A stretch of DNA of 64,000 nt from an uncultured Candidatus Saccharibacteria bacterium. Its GTDB lineage: Bacteria; Patescibacteriota; Minisyncoccia; SW-4-49-11. The notes beneath the pieces were generated by a model. The model worked only from the letters and a program-made list of their open reading frames with translations. It did not search any database and was not told the origin of the DNA. The stretch covers positions 66,352 through 130,351 of the forward strand of contig CAZWIJ010000001.1 in assembly GCA_964633865.1 (NCBI GenBank). The letters are read 5' to 3'. The position numbers and the translations under genes were made by a program. Of this stretch, positions 9,048-20,213 are shown in pieces (the stretch's first letter is position 1; each line of letters opens with the position of its first letter).

Positions 9048-9926
9048 ATGGTAGAAAATAATAAAAATATTGTTATTCTAGGGCCAACAGCAATTGGAAA
9101 ATCTAGCTTGGCTTTAGAATTAGCTCTAGAATTTAATGCTGAAATTATTTCAGCTGATTCAAAGCAAATTTATAAAGATTTTGATATTGGATCTGGTAAA
9201 GTTTCTAAGTCAGATCTGGAGAAAATTCCACATTATATTATAGATATAAAAGAAATATGGGAAAATTTTTCTGTGCAAGAATTTCAAAACTTAGCTTATG
9301 AATACATAGAAGATATAAAAGTGAGAGAAAAAAATGTTTTTATAGTGGGGGGGACTGGATTATATATTGATTCTTTAGTTAAAAATTATAATATTAGTAA
9401 TATAAAACCTGATTATAAGTTAAGGAATGAATTACAAAAAAAATCTGTAAAAGAACTTCAAGATATAATAAATATAAAAAATCCTAATCATAATCTAAAT
9501 CATTCTGATTTCCATAATAAAGTTAGATTAATTAGATTTATTGAAAAGATATCTAACACTTCCCTACTATCTTCTGATACATTAAAGAAAAGAAATCCTT
9601 ATAATTTTTTACAGATTGGATTATATACAGATTTAGATATTTTGGAAAAAAGAATTAAAAAGAGGGTTCTAGAAAGATTAGAGAATGGAGCGATTGAAGA
9701 GGTAAAACAGATTAAAGAGATTTTGTCTCAAAAATTAGATAGCACTTCTGCCCTATCCAAATTATATTCTTTTGGATTAGGGACAATTGTTATTAATGAA
9801 TATTTAGAAAATCAGATTAATTATCAAGATATGATTGATAAATTTGTCTTAAAGGAGTTTCAATATGCAAAAAGACAATTAAAATGGTTTAAGAGAGATA
9901 AGAGTATTATTTGGGTTGAAATATAG
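9048..9926 (+). CDS. miaA: tRNA dimethylallyltransferase
   Basis: GPTAIGKS, IISADSKQIY, VGGTGLY, QYAKRQLKWF. Confidence 0.96.
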   Translation: MVENNKNIVILGPTAIGKSSLALELALEFNAEIISADSKQIYKDFDIGSGKVSKSDLEKIPHYIIDIKEIWENFSVQEFQNLAYEYIEDIKVREKNVFIVGGTGLYIDSLVKNYNISNIKPDYKLRNELQKKSVKELQDIINIKNPNHNLNHSDFHNKVRLIRFIEKISNTSLLSSDTLKKRNPYNFLQIGLYTDLDILEKRIKKRVLERLENGAIEEVKQIKEILSQKLDSTSALSKLYSFGLGTIVINEYLENQINYQDMIDKFVLKEFQYAKRQLKWFKRDKSIIWVEI

Positions 9927-9928
9927 AT

Positions 9929-10789
9929 TTATTGATCTTGGAGATCTATATGTATATGATAAAGTTGATTTGCATCTGTACCAGGATTAATTCTACTCAC
10001 ACCACAAGATCTTGCAACTCTCATTATACATTGTCCAGTTGGTTTGTTAATAATATTTTGTGATCCATCAGCCCAGTCTACTGCTTTTGCTGGAGATAAA
10101 TCATGTTGACTTCCACCACCACCATTCCTTTTCGTAGATGAGATTTGGAATTCTCCATATTGAGAACATTCTTTAAATATTTTTGTTGCTACTCCATATA
10201 ATCTTTGATCTACATTATTCATAGATACACTTCCTTGAAATTTAAATACAGAAGGATCATTTTCTGTACATGTACCTGTTAAACCTCCTCCGTTACATTC
10301 TGTACCATTTCCAGTAGGTTTACACTCTCCTGGATTATTACTTGTATATACTAAATTACTATTTAAAGAACTACTAGCCCCTGATCCAGTTGGAGCATTA
10401 GGAACAGGAGTAATAGTACATTGAGTAGTAAGAAGACCAGGATTTAATGTATTTAGGATTACATATACACTTAATCCTAAGACTAATCCTATTGTTGAAT
10501 TTGTGAATATTCCTTTTGCTTGATTTACTCCACTAGCATTTACTCCTGATGATGTATATAGGAATCCTCCATACATATACATTCCTATTACTGATATAAA
10601 TAATATTGCATATCCTATAAACCATAATGCCTTTGTTAATTCACATAAGCTACTTATCTGTCCTATCCCTGGGAATGATGTAAATGATTTATATGTTACA
10701 GGAGTGGCACTGTCAGCCAAAACATTTGGTATTATTAATACTGCAAATATTATTAAGCTTATTAATATTATTATTTTTGTTACTCTCAT
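9929..10789 (-). CDS. TrbC/VirB2-like pilin fused to a C-terminal peptidase M15-like domain
   Basis: Signal peptide (NVLA-DS); two-TM pilin hairpin with YGGFLYTSSG...AKGIFTNSTIGL...ILNTLNP; C-terminal R..SQH..AVD..HIHID zinc motif. Confidence 0.75.
   Translation of the reverse strand: MRVTKIIILISLIIFAVLIIPNVLADSATPVTYKSFTSFPGIGQISSLCELTKALWFIGYAILFISVIGMYMYGGFLYTSSGVNASGVNQAKGIFTNSTIGLVLGLSVYVILNTLNPGLLTTQCTITPVPNAPTGSGASSSLNSNLVYTSNNPGECKPTGNGTECNGGGLTGTCTENDPSVFKFQGSVSMNNVDQRLYGVATKIFKECSQYGEFQISSTKRNGGGGSQHDLSPAKAVDWADGSQNIINKPTGQCIMRVARSCGVSRINPGTDANQLYHIHIDLQDQ
10367..10708 (-). repeat. Dispersed 342-bp direct repeat, copy 1 (pilin cassette)
   Basis: Matches 24882-25223 ungapped with ~12 mismatches by manual count. 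Confidence 0.95.
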
Positions 10790-10857
10790 AAAAAATTTAA
10801 TAATTTATATATATATATTATATCATATAAATTTACCTTTATAAAATTATAATTTAC

Positions 10858-11886
10858 TTATTCAGATATTTCCCAATTTGGATCTACATTCCTAAAATCT
10901 TCTTTGATATCATATAATTCATTTAGGGCTCCAACTATACCAATCATAATGGCATTATCTGTAGTTAGACTCTGTTCAGGTAATTTGAATTCTATATTAT
11001 ATTCAGAAGATAGATTAGAAAAAGCCTTTCTCAGTTCTTGATTTGCAATTACTCCTCCACCAACAGTGATTAATTTAGGGTTATATTTATCCAGAGCCCA
11101 TTTAGTTTTAGAAATAATAACATCAATAACAGATTTTTCAAAAGAAGCACAAATATCAGCTATATTATTTTCTTTTATAATTGGATTATCTTTAAGATAA
11201 TATAAAACAGATGTTTTTAAACCAGAAAAAGACATTTTCCCATCACCTGAATTAATCATTGGTCTTGGGAAATTAATTGCTTCAGGATTTCCAGACTCAG
11301 CTAATTTAGATACTATAGGACCTCCAGGATAACCTAAATCTAACATTTTAGCCACTTTATCAAAAGCTTCTCCAACAGCATCATCTACTGTTTTTGCAAT
11401 AACCTTATATGAATTATATTTTTCTACCAAAATCATTTCTGTATGTCCTCCAGATACCAAAATTGATATAAATGGGAAAATATTATCAATAGGCTTTTCT
11501 CCTACCAAATTTTTATCAATAAAACTTGACCAAATATGACCGTGTAAGTGATTAATTGATTCAACTGGAATATTCATAGCTGTTCCTAATAATAAAGCCT
11601 GATTAACACCAACATATAGAGATGGTGAAAGTCCTGGGCCTGTGGTAACTACTATTTTATCTATATCCCTTCCATTTGTATGTATAAAGTCAATCAGCAT
11701 TTGGGGTAATTTCTTAGAATGTAATCTTGATGCTAAAAATGGAACAACTCCCCCAAATTTAGAGTGTTCTTTTATCTGAGAATATAAAGTATGATCAATA
11801 ACTTTATATGTATTATTTTCTTTATTCAGCTCCATTAATGCAAGAGCTGTTTCATCACAAGATGTTTCTATAGCTAGAATTTTCAT
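10858..11886 (-). CDS. tsaD: tRNA N6-adenosine threonylcarbamoyltransferase
   Basis: ILAIETSCDET, GPGL, NHLHGH, VSGGHT, DDAVGEAFDK, SFSGLK, TDNAIMI. Confidence 0.97.
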   Translation of the reverse strand: MKILAIETSCDETALALMELNKENNTYKVIDHTLYSQIKEHSKFGGVVPFLASRLHSKKLPQMLIDFIHTNGRDIDKIVVTTGPGLSPSLYVGVNQALLLGTAMNIPVESINHLHGHIWSSFIDKNLVGEKPIDNIFPFISILVSGGHTEMILVEKYNSYKVIAKTVDDAVGEAFDKVAKMLDLGYPGGPIVSKLAESGNPEAINFPRPMINSGDGKMSFSGLKTSVLYYLKDNPIIKENNIADICASFEKSVIDVIISKTKWALDKYNPKLITVGGGVIANQELRKAFSNLSSEYNIEFKLPEQSLTTDNAIMIGIVGALNELYDIKEDFRNVDPNWEISE

Positions 11887-11900
11887 ATAATTTTGATTAA

Positions 11901-12902
11901 TTAATACACAATTTTTTCAAATATAGATTCCAAAGACTTTGAAATACTTTTATAACTAAATTTTTTTTGTAAGACAGAGATAGCATTGTCTCTGACTTCT
12001 TTCACTTTCCTACTATTATTTTCTAGAATTTGGAGACAAGCTTTTAATTCACTTGTGGAATTTTCTTTATAATAAATAGCTCCATTTCCTACAAAATTTA
12101 TATATTCATCTTTTCTTGGTAATATCAAGATAGTTCCTGAAGCCATGCTCCAAAGAATATTTTTTATTATTTTATCATTTATATTTTGATTTATAACTAA
12201 CATATCAATTACCTCGAATATAACTGGAGAATTATCTTCATCAATTTCTGGGATCAGAATTTCTGAATCTATAATATTATTGATATTTACATATTTATAA
12301 CCTTCATTATTGATTAAACTTTTTAATAATGAGGGCTCATCTAGAATAGTTGAAAAAGCAACAACTTTTTTCTTTGATATAATTCCATTTTCATATAAAA
12401 TCAAATTATTATCTTGTTTTATTTTTAAGGATTCTCCTGTATCAAAATCCAAAAAATCTTGATAATTTATCTTTGGATATGGAACATAATCAATTTTACT
12501 ATTAGTTACTTGAAATATTACAGAATCTTCAATTATTTTATCAAAATCTATTTTATAATCAAACACTTTTCCTATTAAAATTCGTGGTATCTTATTTGAA
12601 GGGATATCTTTTAATTTTTTATTAATAAAATCTCCTACAAATATTAATAAATTTGGTTTAATTCTTTCGAAATAAGTTCTGGTAAGATCTTGATTATTAA
12701 AAAATGGGATAATTTTGTGTTGTAAATAAAGAATTTTATCCAGATCAAAATATTTTATTAATAGTGAATTATCTATTATATTATTAAACCATGATATAAC
12801 AAAAAAATCCCATTTATAATAATCAACCATTAAATTAAAAACTTTTAATTTATGATTATCTATATTATCACCTAATATTATAATTGCTCTTTTGCTACTC
12901 AT
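11901..12902 (-). CDS. Divergent glycosyltransferase-like (GT-B) protein
   Basis: C-terminal SMASGTILI...NGAIY...ELKACL...FSYKSISKSLESIF resembles a GT4 C-domain, but the E-x7-E motif is absent. Confidence 0.5.
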   Translation of the reverse strand: MSSKRAIIILGDNIDNHKLKVFNLMVDYYKWDFFVISWFNNIIDNSLLIKYFDLDKILYLQHKIIPFFNNQDLTRTYFERIKPNLLIFVGDFINKKLKDIPSNKIPRILIGKVFDYKIDFDKIIEDSVIFQVTNSKIDYVPYPKINYQDFLDFDTGESLKIKQDNNLILYENGIISKKKVVAFSTILDEPSLLKSLINNEGYKYVNINNIIDSEILIPEIDEDNSPVIFEVIDMLVINQNINDKIIKNILWSMASGTILILPRKDEYINFVGNGAIYYKENSTSELKACLQILENNSRKVKEVRDNAISVLQKKFSYKSISKSLESIFEKIVY

Positions 12903-12922
12903 TCAAGATTTAATTAAAAATA

Positions 12923-13927
12923 CTATTTATTATCTAGAAATTCTTTTTTAAACTGTAAATGTTGTTCATATGTCTCTGAAAAATAAGTTGTGTATGGGAT
13001 ATCCAATGTAGTTAAGAAAAATAGATATTTTGTATCAGTTGGATTAACGGCTGCTTCTATAGATGAAATACCCATATTAGATATTGGAGTTGGTGGTAAT
13101 CCTTTATATTTATATGTATTATATTTAGAATCTATTTCTAAATCTTTAAGTGTAGATTGAGCTCTACCAGATTTTGTTATAAAATTAATTGTAGCATCAC
13201 TTTGTAAGGGCATATCTATTTTTAATCTATTCCAAAATATTCCTGAAACTATTTTTCTTTCACTATCGTTTTGAACTTCTTTTTCTATTATTGATGCTAA
13301 TATTAAGACTTGATAATCAGAGAATTCGTCTTTATTTTTTAAATAAGGTAAGGCTTTTTTCTCAAAAGTATCTAGCATTCTTGTTATTACTGTATCAGGA
13401 GTAACATCTTGAAAAAATCTATAAGTATCAGGAAATAAATAACCTTCTAAAGATTTACCTCTAATAAATTCATAATCTTTTGCATCAAATTTATCTACAG
13501 AATTCAAAAATTCTTCACGAGAAAAATTAGTTTTTTCTCCTAAAACTGCAGCTATCTCATCAATTGATAAACCTTCTTTTATTGTTATTTCTATTTCTTC
13601 TTTATTATTCTCTAATAAACCCTTATTTAAAATTGAAAAAAAACTCATTAATCTAATCTTAGATGAAATAGTATATTCTCCAGGCTTTGGTGAAAATTTT
13701 TTGTAACTTAAATAACTTTTAGCTCCTATAGTTTTGTTTAGAATGCCTTTTTCTTTTAAATTATCTAAAACATTATCCCATGAATCATTCTCATTAACTA
13801 CAAACTTATTCTGAGGAGAAAAATCTAGATTGGTTTGGAGAGTAGTTATAACTTGATATCCATAAATGATTATACCTAATATTATAAAACTTATGATTAC
13901 AATAGATGGTATTATAAATTTTTTCAT
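12923..13927 (-). CDS. mltG: Endolytic transglycosylase MltG
   Basis: LEGYLFPDTY, LASIIEKE, LQSDAT, YNTYKYKGLPPTPISN. Confidence 0.96.
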   Translation of the reverse strand: MKKFIIPSIVIISFIILGIIIYGYQVITTLQTNLDFSPQNKFVVNENDSWDNVLDNLKEKGILNKTIGAKSYLSYKKFSPKPGEYTISSKIRLMSFFSILNKGLLENNKEEIEITIKEGLSIDEIAAVLGEKTNFSREEFLNSVDKFDAKDYEFIRGKSLEGYLFPDTYRFFQDVTPDTVITRMLDTFEKKALPYLKNKDEFSDYQVLILASIIEKEVQNDSERKIVSGIFWNRLKIDMPLQSDATINFITKSGRAQSTLKDLEIDSKYNTYKYKGLPPTPISNMGISSIEAAVNPTDTKYLFFLTTLDIPYTTYFSETYEQHLQFKKEFLDNK

Positions 13928-15018
13928 TATAATTTATCAGTTAAATTTTTTGATTCTAATAATTCAACCATTTTTTTCACATTTTGTGATTTTTCTTTGC
14001 TGCAAACCAATAATACATCTTTTGTATCCACTATTATTAAATTAGAAACACCTATAGTAGATATTAGTTTTTTTTGATCAGAATGAATTAAGACACTTTC
14101 TGAACCTAAATCTAAATATTCACCTTCACCTATATAATGATATTCTAACTGTGAATTTTGTTCAACCAATATATCTTTTAATGCAGCCCATGATCCAATA
14201 TCACTCCAACCTATATTCGCAGGAATAACAGCTATACTCTGCATCTTTTCCATTATACCATAATCAATACTAATTTTCTCAACTTTAGGATATTCACTTC
14301 TAATGGTCTCTTCCATTTCAAGAGTATTTTTAGATTTATTGATTTTATCTAAAACTTTATAAGTATCTGGTAAGTTGAGCTTAAATTGATTTAAAATATT
14401 TCCTCTTGTAACAATAAACATACCTGAATTCCATAAATAAGATTCATCCTGAATATATCTTTCAGCTGTTTCTAAATTAGGTTTTTCTACAAATGCTTTC
14501 ACAGAATATACACTATTATCTGGATAAGAGCTTAATTTATTTGTAATATCTGATTTTATATAACCATAACCTGTTTCTGGAGATGTAGGAGTAATTCCTA
14601 GTGTTACAATATAATCAGGATTTTTACCTAAAAATTGATCAGATACTTTTAATAAATTTCTAAATTCTGTTTTTCTTTGAATATAATGGTCTGATGTTAA
14701 GAAAGCTAAAGATTCATTATCATCATCACTAGCCAAAATTGCTGATAAACCAATTGATGGAGCTGTATCTCTTCTGTCTGGCTCTAAAATTATATTACTT
14801 TCTTTTAATTCTGGTAATTGATTTTTGATTTCATCTAGATACTGTTTGTTAGTTGATATGAATATATCATCAATATCAAATTCATCTAATAGTCTCAAAA
14901 CTGATTCTTGTAACATTGTATTATTTCCCAATAATTTTTGAAATTGTTTTGGTTTTTGTTTTCTAGATAAAGGCCATAATCTTGTTCCACTACCACCTGC
15001 CATTATTATTATTTTCAT
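13927..15018 (-). CDS. manC: Mannose-1-phosphate guanylyltransferase
   Basis: MAGGSGTRLWPLSR, PKQF, ETGYGYI, FVEKP, WNSGMF, SIDYGIME, WSDIGSW. Confidence 0.93.
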   Translation of the reverse strand: MKIIIMAGGSGTRLWPLSRKQKPKQFQKLLGNNTMLQESVLRLLDEFDIDDIFISTNKQYLDEIKNQLPELKESNIILEPDRRDTAPSIGLSAILASDDDNESLAFLTSDHYIQRKTEFRNLLKVSDQFLGKNPDYIVTLGITPTSPETGYGYIKSDITNKLSSYPDNSVYSVKAFVEKPNLETAERYIQDESYLWNSGMFIVTRGNILNQFKLNLPDTYKVLDKINKSKNTLEMEETIRSEYPKVEKISIDYGIMEKMQSIAVIPANIGWSDIGSWAALKDILVEQNSQLEYHYIGEGEYLDLGSESVLIHSDQKKLISTIGVSNLIIVDTKDVLLVCSKEKSQNVKKMVELLESKNLTDKL

Positions 15019-15039
15019 ATATTTAAATTAATTAAATTA

Positions 15040-15747
15040 TTATTTACCTTGTCTTAATTCACGAGAATGATATTCTTGAATTGCTTTTTTGAACTCATTT
15101 TCATTGAAATCAGGATAGCATAAATCTGTAAAATAGTATTGAGAATTTGCAGTGTCCCACATCATAAATCCAACACTATTATGAGGTTCACCACCTGTTC
15201 TTATCAATAGATCAACTGCTGGTAAATCTTTAGTATATAAATTTTGTTTTATTAGGTCTGAATTAATTACTAAATCTTTATTTTCTTTAGTTTTATTAAC
15301 AATATTTTGAATTGCTTGGATCATCTCTTCATCGCCATTGTATCCTAATAAAAAATTCAACTTATATTTTGTATAATGTTTAGTCTCATCTATTGATTTT
15401 TGAATTACTTTGACTAAATCTTTAGGAAATAACTTTTTCCAATTCCCTAAAACATTAATTTGAACTTTATTATCATGAATCTCTTTATATTGAAGGATTT
15501 CTTTAAAATATTTTTTGAATCCAAAATAAAGATTAGCAACTTCGTTTAAAGGTCTTTTGGTAAGATTATTAATTGAAGATCCCCAAAAAGAAATATTTTG
15601 TACATTATTATGAAATGCAATCTTTATAATATCTTTAGTTCTCTCAAATCCAATTAAATGTCCTTCTTCTGGAGAAAGACCTTTTTTCTTTGCCCAACGA
15701 CGATTACCATCAGGTATAATTGCTATATGTTCTATTATATTATTCAT
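15040..15747 (-). CDS. uppS: Undecaprenyl diphosphate synthase (probable start 15747, MNNIIEH)
   Basis: HIAIIPDGNRRWA, DLLIRTGGE; the ORF-track start 15801 overlaps the murC end. Confidence 0.93.
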   Translation of the reverse strand: MNNIIEHIAIIPDGNRRWAKKKGLSPEEGHLIGFERTKDIIKIAFHNNVQNISFWGSSINNLTKRPLNEVANLYFGFKKYFKEILQYKEIHDNKVQINVLGNWKKLFPKDLVKVIQKSIDETKHYTKYKLNFLLGYNGDEEMIQAIQNIVNKTKENKDLVINSDLIKQNLYTKDLPAVDLLIRTGGEPHNSVGFMMWDTANSQYYFTDLCYPDFNENEFKKAIQEYHSRELRQGK

Positions 15748-15770
15748 ATTATTAATAAAAAGTTTACAAT

Positions 15771-17141
15771 TTATTCTACCACTTTTTCCCCTAAAATCCA
15801 AATATTTCCTGCTCCCATTGTTATAAAAACATCTTCAGAAGTTAAGTTTTCTAACTCTGAAGTAATATCATCAAAATTAGCAACATATTCTACATTTAAT
15901 TTAGGATATCTAGTTTGTATTAGACTCATCAAATCTTTTATCGAAATATCTCCTTCACCTTCTCTTGCTGACCCATAAATATCAAATAAATATAATTTTT
16001 CAATGTCTAAAAATGAATCAGCAAAGTCATTAATCAAGGCTTTTGTCCTAGAAAATGTATGTGGTTGAAATGCACAATATATTTTTTTATCAATAAAATA
16101 ATCTTTGGCTGACTGTAATGTAGATTTAATCTCACTAGGATGATGAGCATAATCATCATAAATTAAAGCACCGTTCTGATTTTTTCCTTTAAATTCCATT
16201 CTTCTCTTGACTCCAGTAAACTTTTTCATAGCAGAAACAATATTCTTCGAACTATAATCCAATTTACATAATAAAGCAAATACAGCTAAGGCATTTAATT
16301 TATTATGATTGCCTATAATATTTAATTCCAATTTGTCTAATTTTTTATTTTTATAGAAAATATAATCTTCTTTATCAATCCAAAAATCATTGTCTTTAGA
16401 AAATCCAAATGTTAACATTTCTATATCAATTTCTTCATTTTCTAAAATATATTCTCTTACTAATTCATCATCTCCATTAATAATAGCAAAGCCTTTTTCA
16501 GGTAATTTTAATGTAAAATTAACAAATGCTTGGTAATATGAATCTCTATTAGGAAAAAAGTCTGGATGATCAAAATCCATATTATTGATAATAATAGCAT
16601 CTGGATAAAAATCTAGAAAATGATTTTGATATTCATCGCATTCAGCAACTAAATATTCTTAATTTGTTTTACTAATTCTTGCATTTCCTCCAAATTGAGG
16701 TACCATACTACCTACTATAGCAAAAGGGTCTTCACCTAATTCTTGTAAAGTATAGCCAAGTAAAGCTGATGTTGTTGTTTTACCATGAGATCCTGAGACC
16801 CCAAGAGCTGTATATGCCTTAGATATTTTTCCTAAAGCTTGACTATATGTAAGTATAGGTAATCCCCTATTTAAAACCTCATTAACCTCAATGTTTTGAC
16901 TTTTGATACCTTTTTGGTAATAGGCTCCAGATATTATTACAAAATCTATATCAAGTGGAATATTAGATATTTTAAACCCTTCAAAATATTTTATATTAAA
17001 TTTTTTTAATACTTCATCTGTAAAAAATTTATCAGTAACATCGCTACCAACTACATCATAATTCATAGATTGATACAATTGTGCTAGTGCTGTCATCCCT
17101 ACTCCTTTAATTCCTATAAAATAAATCTTCTTCTTTAACAT
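15771..17141 (-). pseudogene. murC: UDP-N-acetylmuramate--L-alanine ligase interrupted by one in-frame TAA at 16659-16661
   Basis: FIGIKGVGM, GSHGKTTT, then KTN*EYLVAECDEYQNHFL..NMDFDHPD in frame, RRME, DDYAHHP, FQPHTFSRT, MGAG. Confidence 0.88.
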
Positions 17142-17148
17142 AATTATA

Positions 17149-18255
17149 TCAATTTAAAATTGTTATTAATTCTTCTGCCACTCTACGAGCTGCATCTGGA
17201 GTAGCAAATGAATCAGCTCTATCTCCCATTTTATTCAATAAATAAGGTTGTTTTATTAGCTCTTCCACTTTAGATAAAACCATATTGACAGTCAAATTAG
17301 GCTCTTCTAAAACAACTGATGCTCCTATTTCTGCCATCTGATAAGCATTCTCTCTTTGTTGACCAGCATCAACTGTTATTGGCACGAGAATTGAAGGTTT
17401 TTTGGTCAAACAAATATCAGCAATACTAGAAGCCCCTGCTCTAGACAATACCAGATCGGCTGCAGCATATGCATGTTTTAAGTCATGAGTTAAAAATCCT
17501 GTATAATGATAAAATCTACTCTGATAAGTATCTAGGGAACGATATATTTTCGATGCATCTCTAACATGAGCATCTCCCACAACATGAATAACTTCAACAA
17601 ATGATGTTAATTGTGGAATTATTTTCCATACAACTTCATTTAATTTCTTTGCTCCTTGACTACCACCAATTATAAGTAGAACTGGTTTTTCATAAGTTAC
17701 CTTAAATATTCTTTTTGCATCATCTCTAGAACCTGACCTAATATCAAGGTGTGTCATATTACCAACCAAAGAAGTTTTTTTTGCTGGGAATTTTTCTTTA
17801 GCTTTAGGAAAAGCAACAGCTACTACTGTTGCAAATCTAGACAAAAGTCTATTTGCAAGTCCAGGAAGAACATCAGATTCATGAATTAAAATTGGTATTT
17901 GATATAACCAAGATACAAAAACAGCAGGTACACTTGCATAACCACCTTTTCCAAAAGTAACATCAGGCATATATTTCCAGATATACCATTGAGCCTTTAT
18001 TAATCCTTGAACAGCTTTGAATATATCAGTAAAATTATCCATACTCACATACCTTCTAAGTTTACCTGCATAGATTTTTTTGAAAGGAATTTTATTTTCT
18101 TCAAGTATTCTTATACCAACTTCATCAATATGACCAACAAATAAATACTCTATTATAAACCCTTGTTCTGAAGCTATTTTGTCTAATTCTTGTTTCACAG
18201 ATATTACTGGCATTATGTGGCCTCCTGTTCCTCCACTTGCAAATAATACTCTCAT
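17149..18255 (-). CDS. murG: Lipid I N-acetylglucosaminyltransferase
   Basis: GGTGGH, GKGGYAS, HESD, GGSQGA, SRAGAS, QRENA. Confidence 0.97.
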   Translation of the reverse strand: MRVLFASGGTGGHIMPVISVKQELDKIASEQGFIIEYLFVGHIDEVGIRILEENKIPFKKIYAGKLRRYVSMDNFTDIFKAVQGLIKAQWYIWKYMPDVTFGKGGYASVPAVFVSWLYQIPILIHESDVLPGLANRLLSRFATVVAVAFPKAKEKFPAKKTSLVGNMTHLDIRSGSRDDAKRIFKVTYEKPVLLIIGGSQGAKKLNEVVWKIIPQLTSFVEVIHVVGDAHVRDASKIYRSLDTYQSRFYHYTGFLTHDLKHAYAAADLVLSRAGASSIADICLTKKPSILVPITVDAGQQRENAYQMAEIGASVVLEEPNLTVNMVLSKVEELIKQPYLLNKMGDRADSFATPDAARRVAEELITILN

Positions 18256-18321
18256 AAATTAATTTGTTTAATTTTACTTATATATATTATATTACTAATC
18301 AAAGAAAAGTTCAATCTTTAT

Positions 18322-19479
18322 TTACTTAATAAAGATATTAGAGCTTATTATAAATCCTAATATGCTTAAAATTAAAATAAATATCATTACATATCCTCCT
18401 AATTTCATTTTTCCAAGACTAAACTCTGGTATAGTATCTCCATTATATTTTGCACTCCAAAACATTGCTAAAATTATTATTCCTAGTGATGATATAAACA
18501 AAGATCCTGTCAATGATATTAGATTAATCAAATTAATATCATTTAATAATGTAAAACCAAAAAATGGTATTATAGATAAAATTATGGAAGTAGTTTTTTT
18601 GATACCCAAGTCTGAATTATATGTATTAATTAAATACTTAGATAAATAAACAAATATAAATAAAATAAAACCTAATATAACAGTCTGAAATATTATATAA
18701 AGTTCATTTGGAATCAAACCATAAAAACCAGTAAGAAAGTTCTGAGAAATACTAGTATTTTGCAAAAAGAATATTATTAAAATAATCCCTATATAAATCA
18801 AAATACTTAAACTATTAGATATTATTATAATGTTTTTTAAGAATCTCTTACTATTAACCATAATAGATTCTGACTCTTGTACAAATAAAAAGTTGAAATA
18901 TACAAACAATATTCCCCCTAAAGATAAAAACAAATTATCTATATTAATATTTTTTTCTACTAATTCAAAACTAACATTATTATCTATTAAGAATATTCTT
19001 GCAGATATAATTAACAATAAAAATATAAATAGAGATAATAAGAAAATTTGTAAATTAGAATGTAAATATATTTTTAAATATATAAAAATGAATACTACAC
19101 CCAAAAAAACAATACTCATTGTAAATGTAGTAAGTCCAAAAATATTTACAAGAATATTAGCAGCTGTTTGAAATAATACCCATCCATAAAAATATCCTAT
19201 CAAGATAATCATCCCAACTGATAATAATTTACCTAAATTTCCTAAATATTTATGAGACATGTATACTAAACTACGAACTCCTGATGTCCTTAAACTAATT
19301 TCTACTAACATTAAATTTAATATTAAGACCATAATACCTCCCAAAAAAATATATAATAATGCAATAATATACCCTACATTTTCTATCAAAATTGGAATAT
19401 ATAAAATACCTCCAACAATAGACATACTAGTAATTAAAGTAATAGATCTTATAATATTAATTTTTATTTCGTTTATCAT
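18322..19479 (-). CDS. Polytopic membrane protein, probable amino-acid permease (Trp/Tyr permease-like)
   Basis: About 11 TM segments; IVGGILYIP and KYLGNLGK resemble HAAAP-family motifs. Confidence 0.6.
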   Translation of the reverse strand: MINEIKINIIRSITLITSMSIVGGILYIPILIENVGYIIALLYIFLGGIMVLILNLMLVEISLRTSGVRSLVYMSHKYLGNLGKLLSVGMIILIGYFYGWVLFQTAANILVNIFGLTTFTMSIVFLGVVFIFIYLKIYLHSNLQIFLLSLFIFLLLIISARIFLIDNNVSFELVEKNINIDNLFLSLGGILFVYFNFLFVQESESIMVNSKRFLKNIIIISNSLSILIYIGIILIIFFLQNTSISQNFLTGFYGLIPNELYIIFQTVILGFILFIFVYLSKYLINTYNSDLGIKKTTSIILSIIPFFGFTLLNDINLINLISLTGSLFISSLGIIILAMFWSAKYNGDTIPEFSLGKMKLGGYVMIFILILSILGFIISSNIFIK

Positions 19480-19493
19480 AGATATCTTAATTT

Positions 19494-20171
19494 TTATATA
19501 TTTAAATAGTGGATCTCTAAATTTTTATGTTCTAATAAAATCTTAGCAGGAAATTCCTTAAAATTTTTATCTTGATCAAATAATTTATTTAGAGTATTTT
19601 TTTTATTTTCACCTCTTAAAACTAAAATTATATAATCAGAACCCATAATATACCTTGAGGATAAACTAATTCTTTCTTTTATATCTAAATAATCTGGAGC
19701 TTCTGTTTTAATAACATTAGGAGTTGTTTCTGTTAAATATGTATTATTAGGAAAAAGAGATGCAAAGTGACCATCTTCTCCTATACCTAGAATAGATATA
19801 TTAATTTTATCAGGTAATTTTTTTTGGAATATAGAAATAGATTTTTTTATATCATTTTCATAATAATCAATTTTAATATCAGAATTTATTTTAGATAATA
19901 TTTTTTCCCCTATAGATTCTTTAATTTTTATCCAGTTAGAATATGAGGAATTTTCACTTACAAATCTTTCATCTATACTAATTAAATTTACATTTTTCCA
20001 ATCTATATCTATTTTAAATAAATTTTTATAAATTGGATATGGAGTATTACCCCCTGACAATCCAAAGCTTATGGATTTATCATTTTTTAATAAGTAAACT
20101 TTTTTTTGAATGGATTCTACAATATGATTAATCCATCTATTTTCATCTGTATATTCTTTTAATATATACAT
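19494..20171 (-). CDS. pgl: 6-phosphogluconolactonase
   Basis: LSGGNTP, DERFV, SN, LGIGEDGHFASLFP, RISL. Confidence 0.92.
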   Translation of the reverse strand: MYILKEYTDENRWINHIVESIQKKVYLLKNDKSISFGLSGGNTPYPIYKNLFKIDIDWKNVNLISIDERFVSENSSYSNWIKIKESIGEKILSKINSDIKIDYYENDIKKSISIFQKKLPDKINISILGIGEDGHFASLFPNNTYLTETTPNVIKTEAPDYLDIKERISLSSRYIMGSDYIILVLRGENKKNTLNKLFDQDKNFKEFPAKILLEHKNLEIHYLNI

Positions 20172-20213
20172 ATTTAAATTTTTATTTTGATTTAATAAAT
20201 ATATTTAAGTTTA

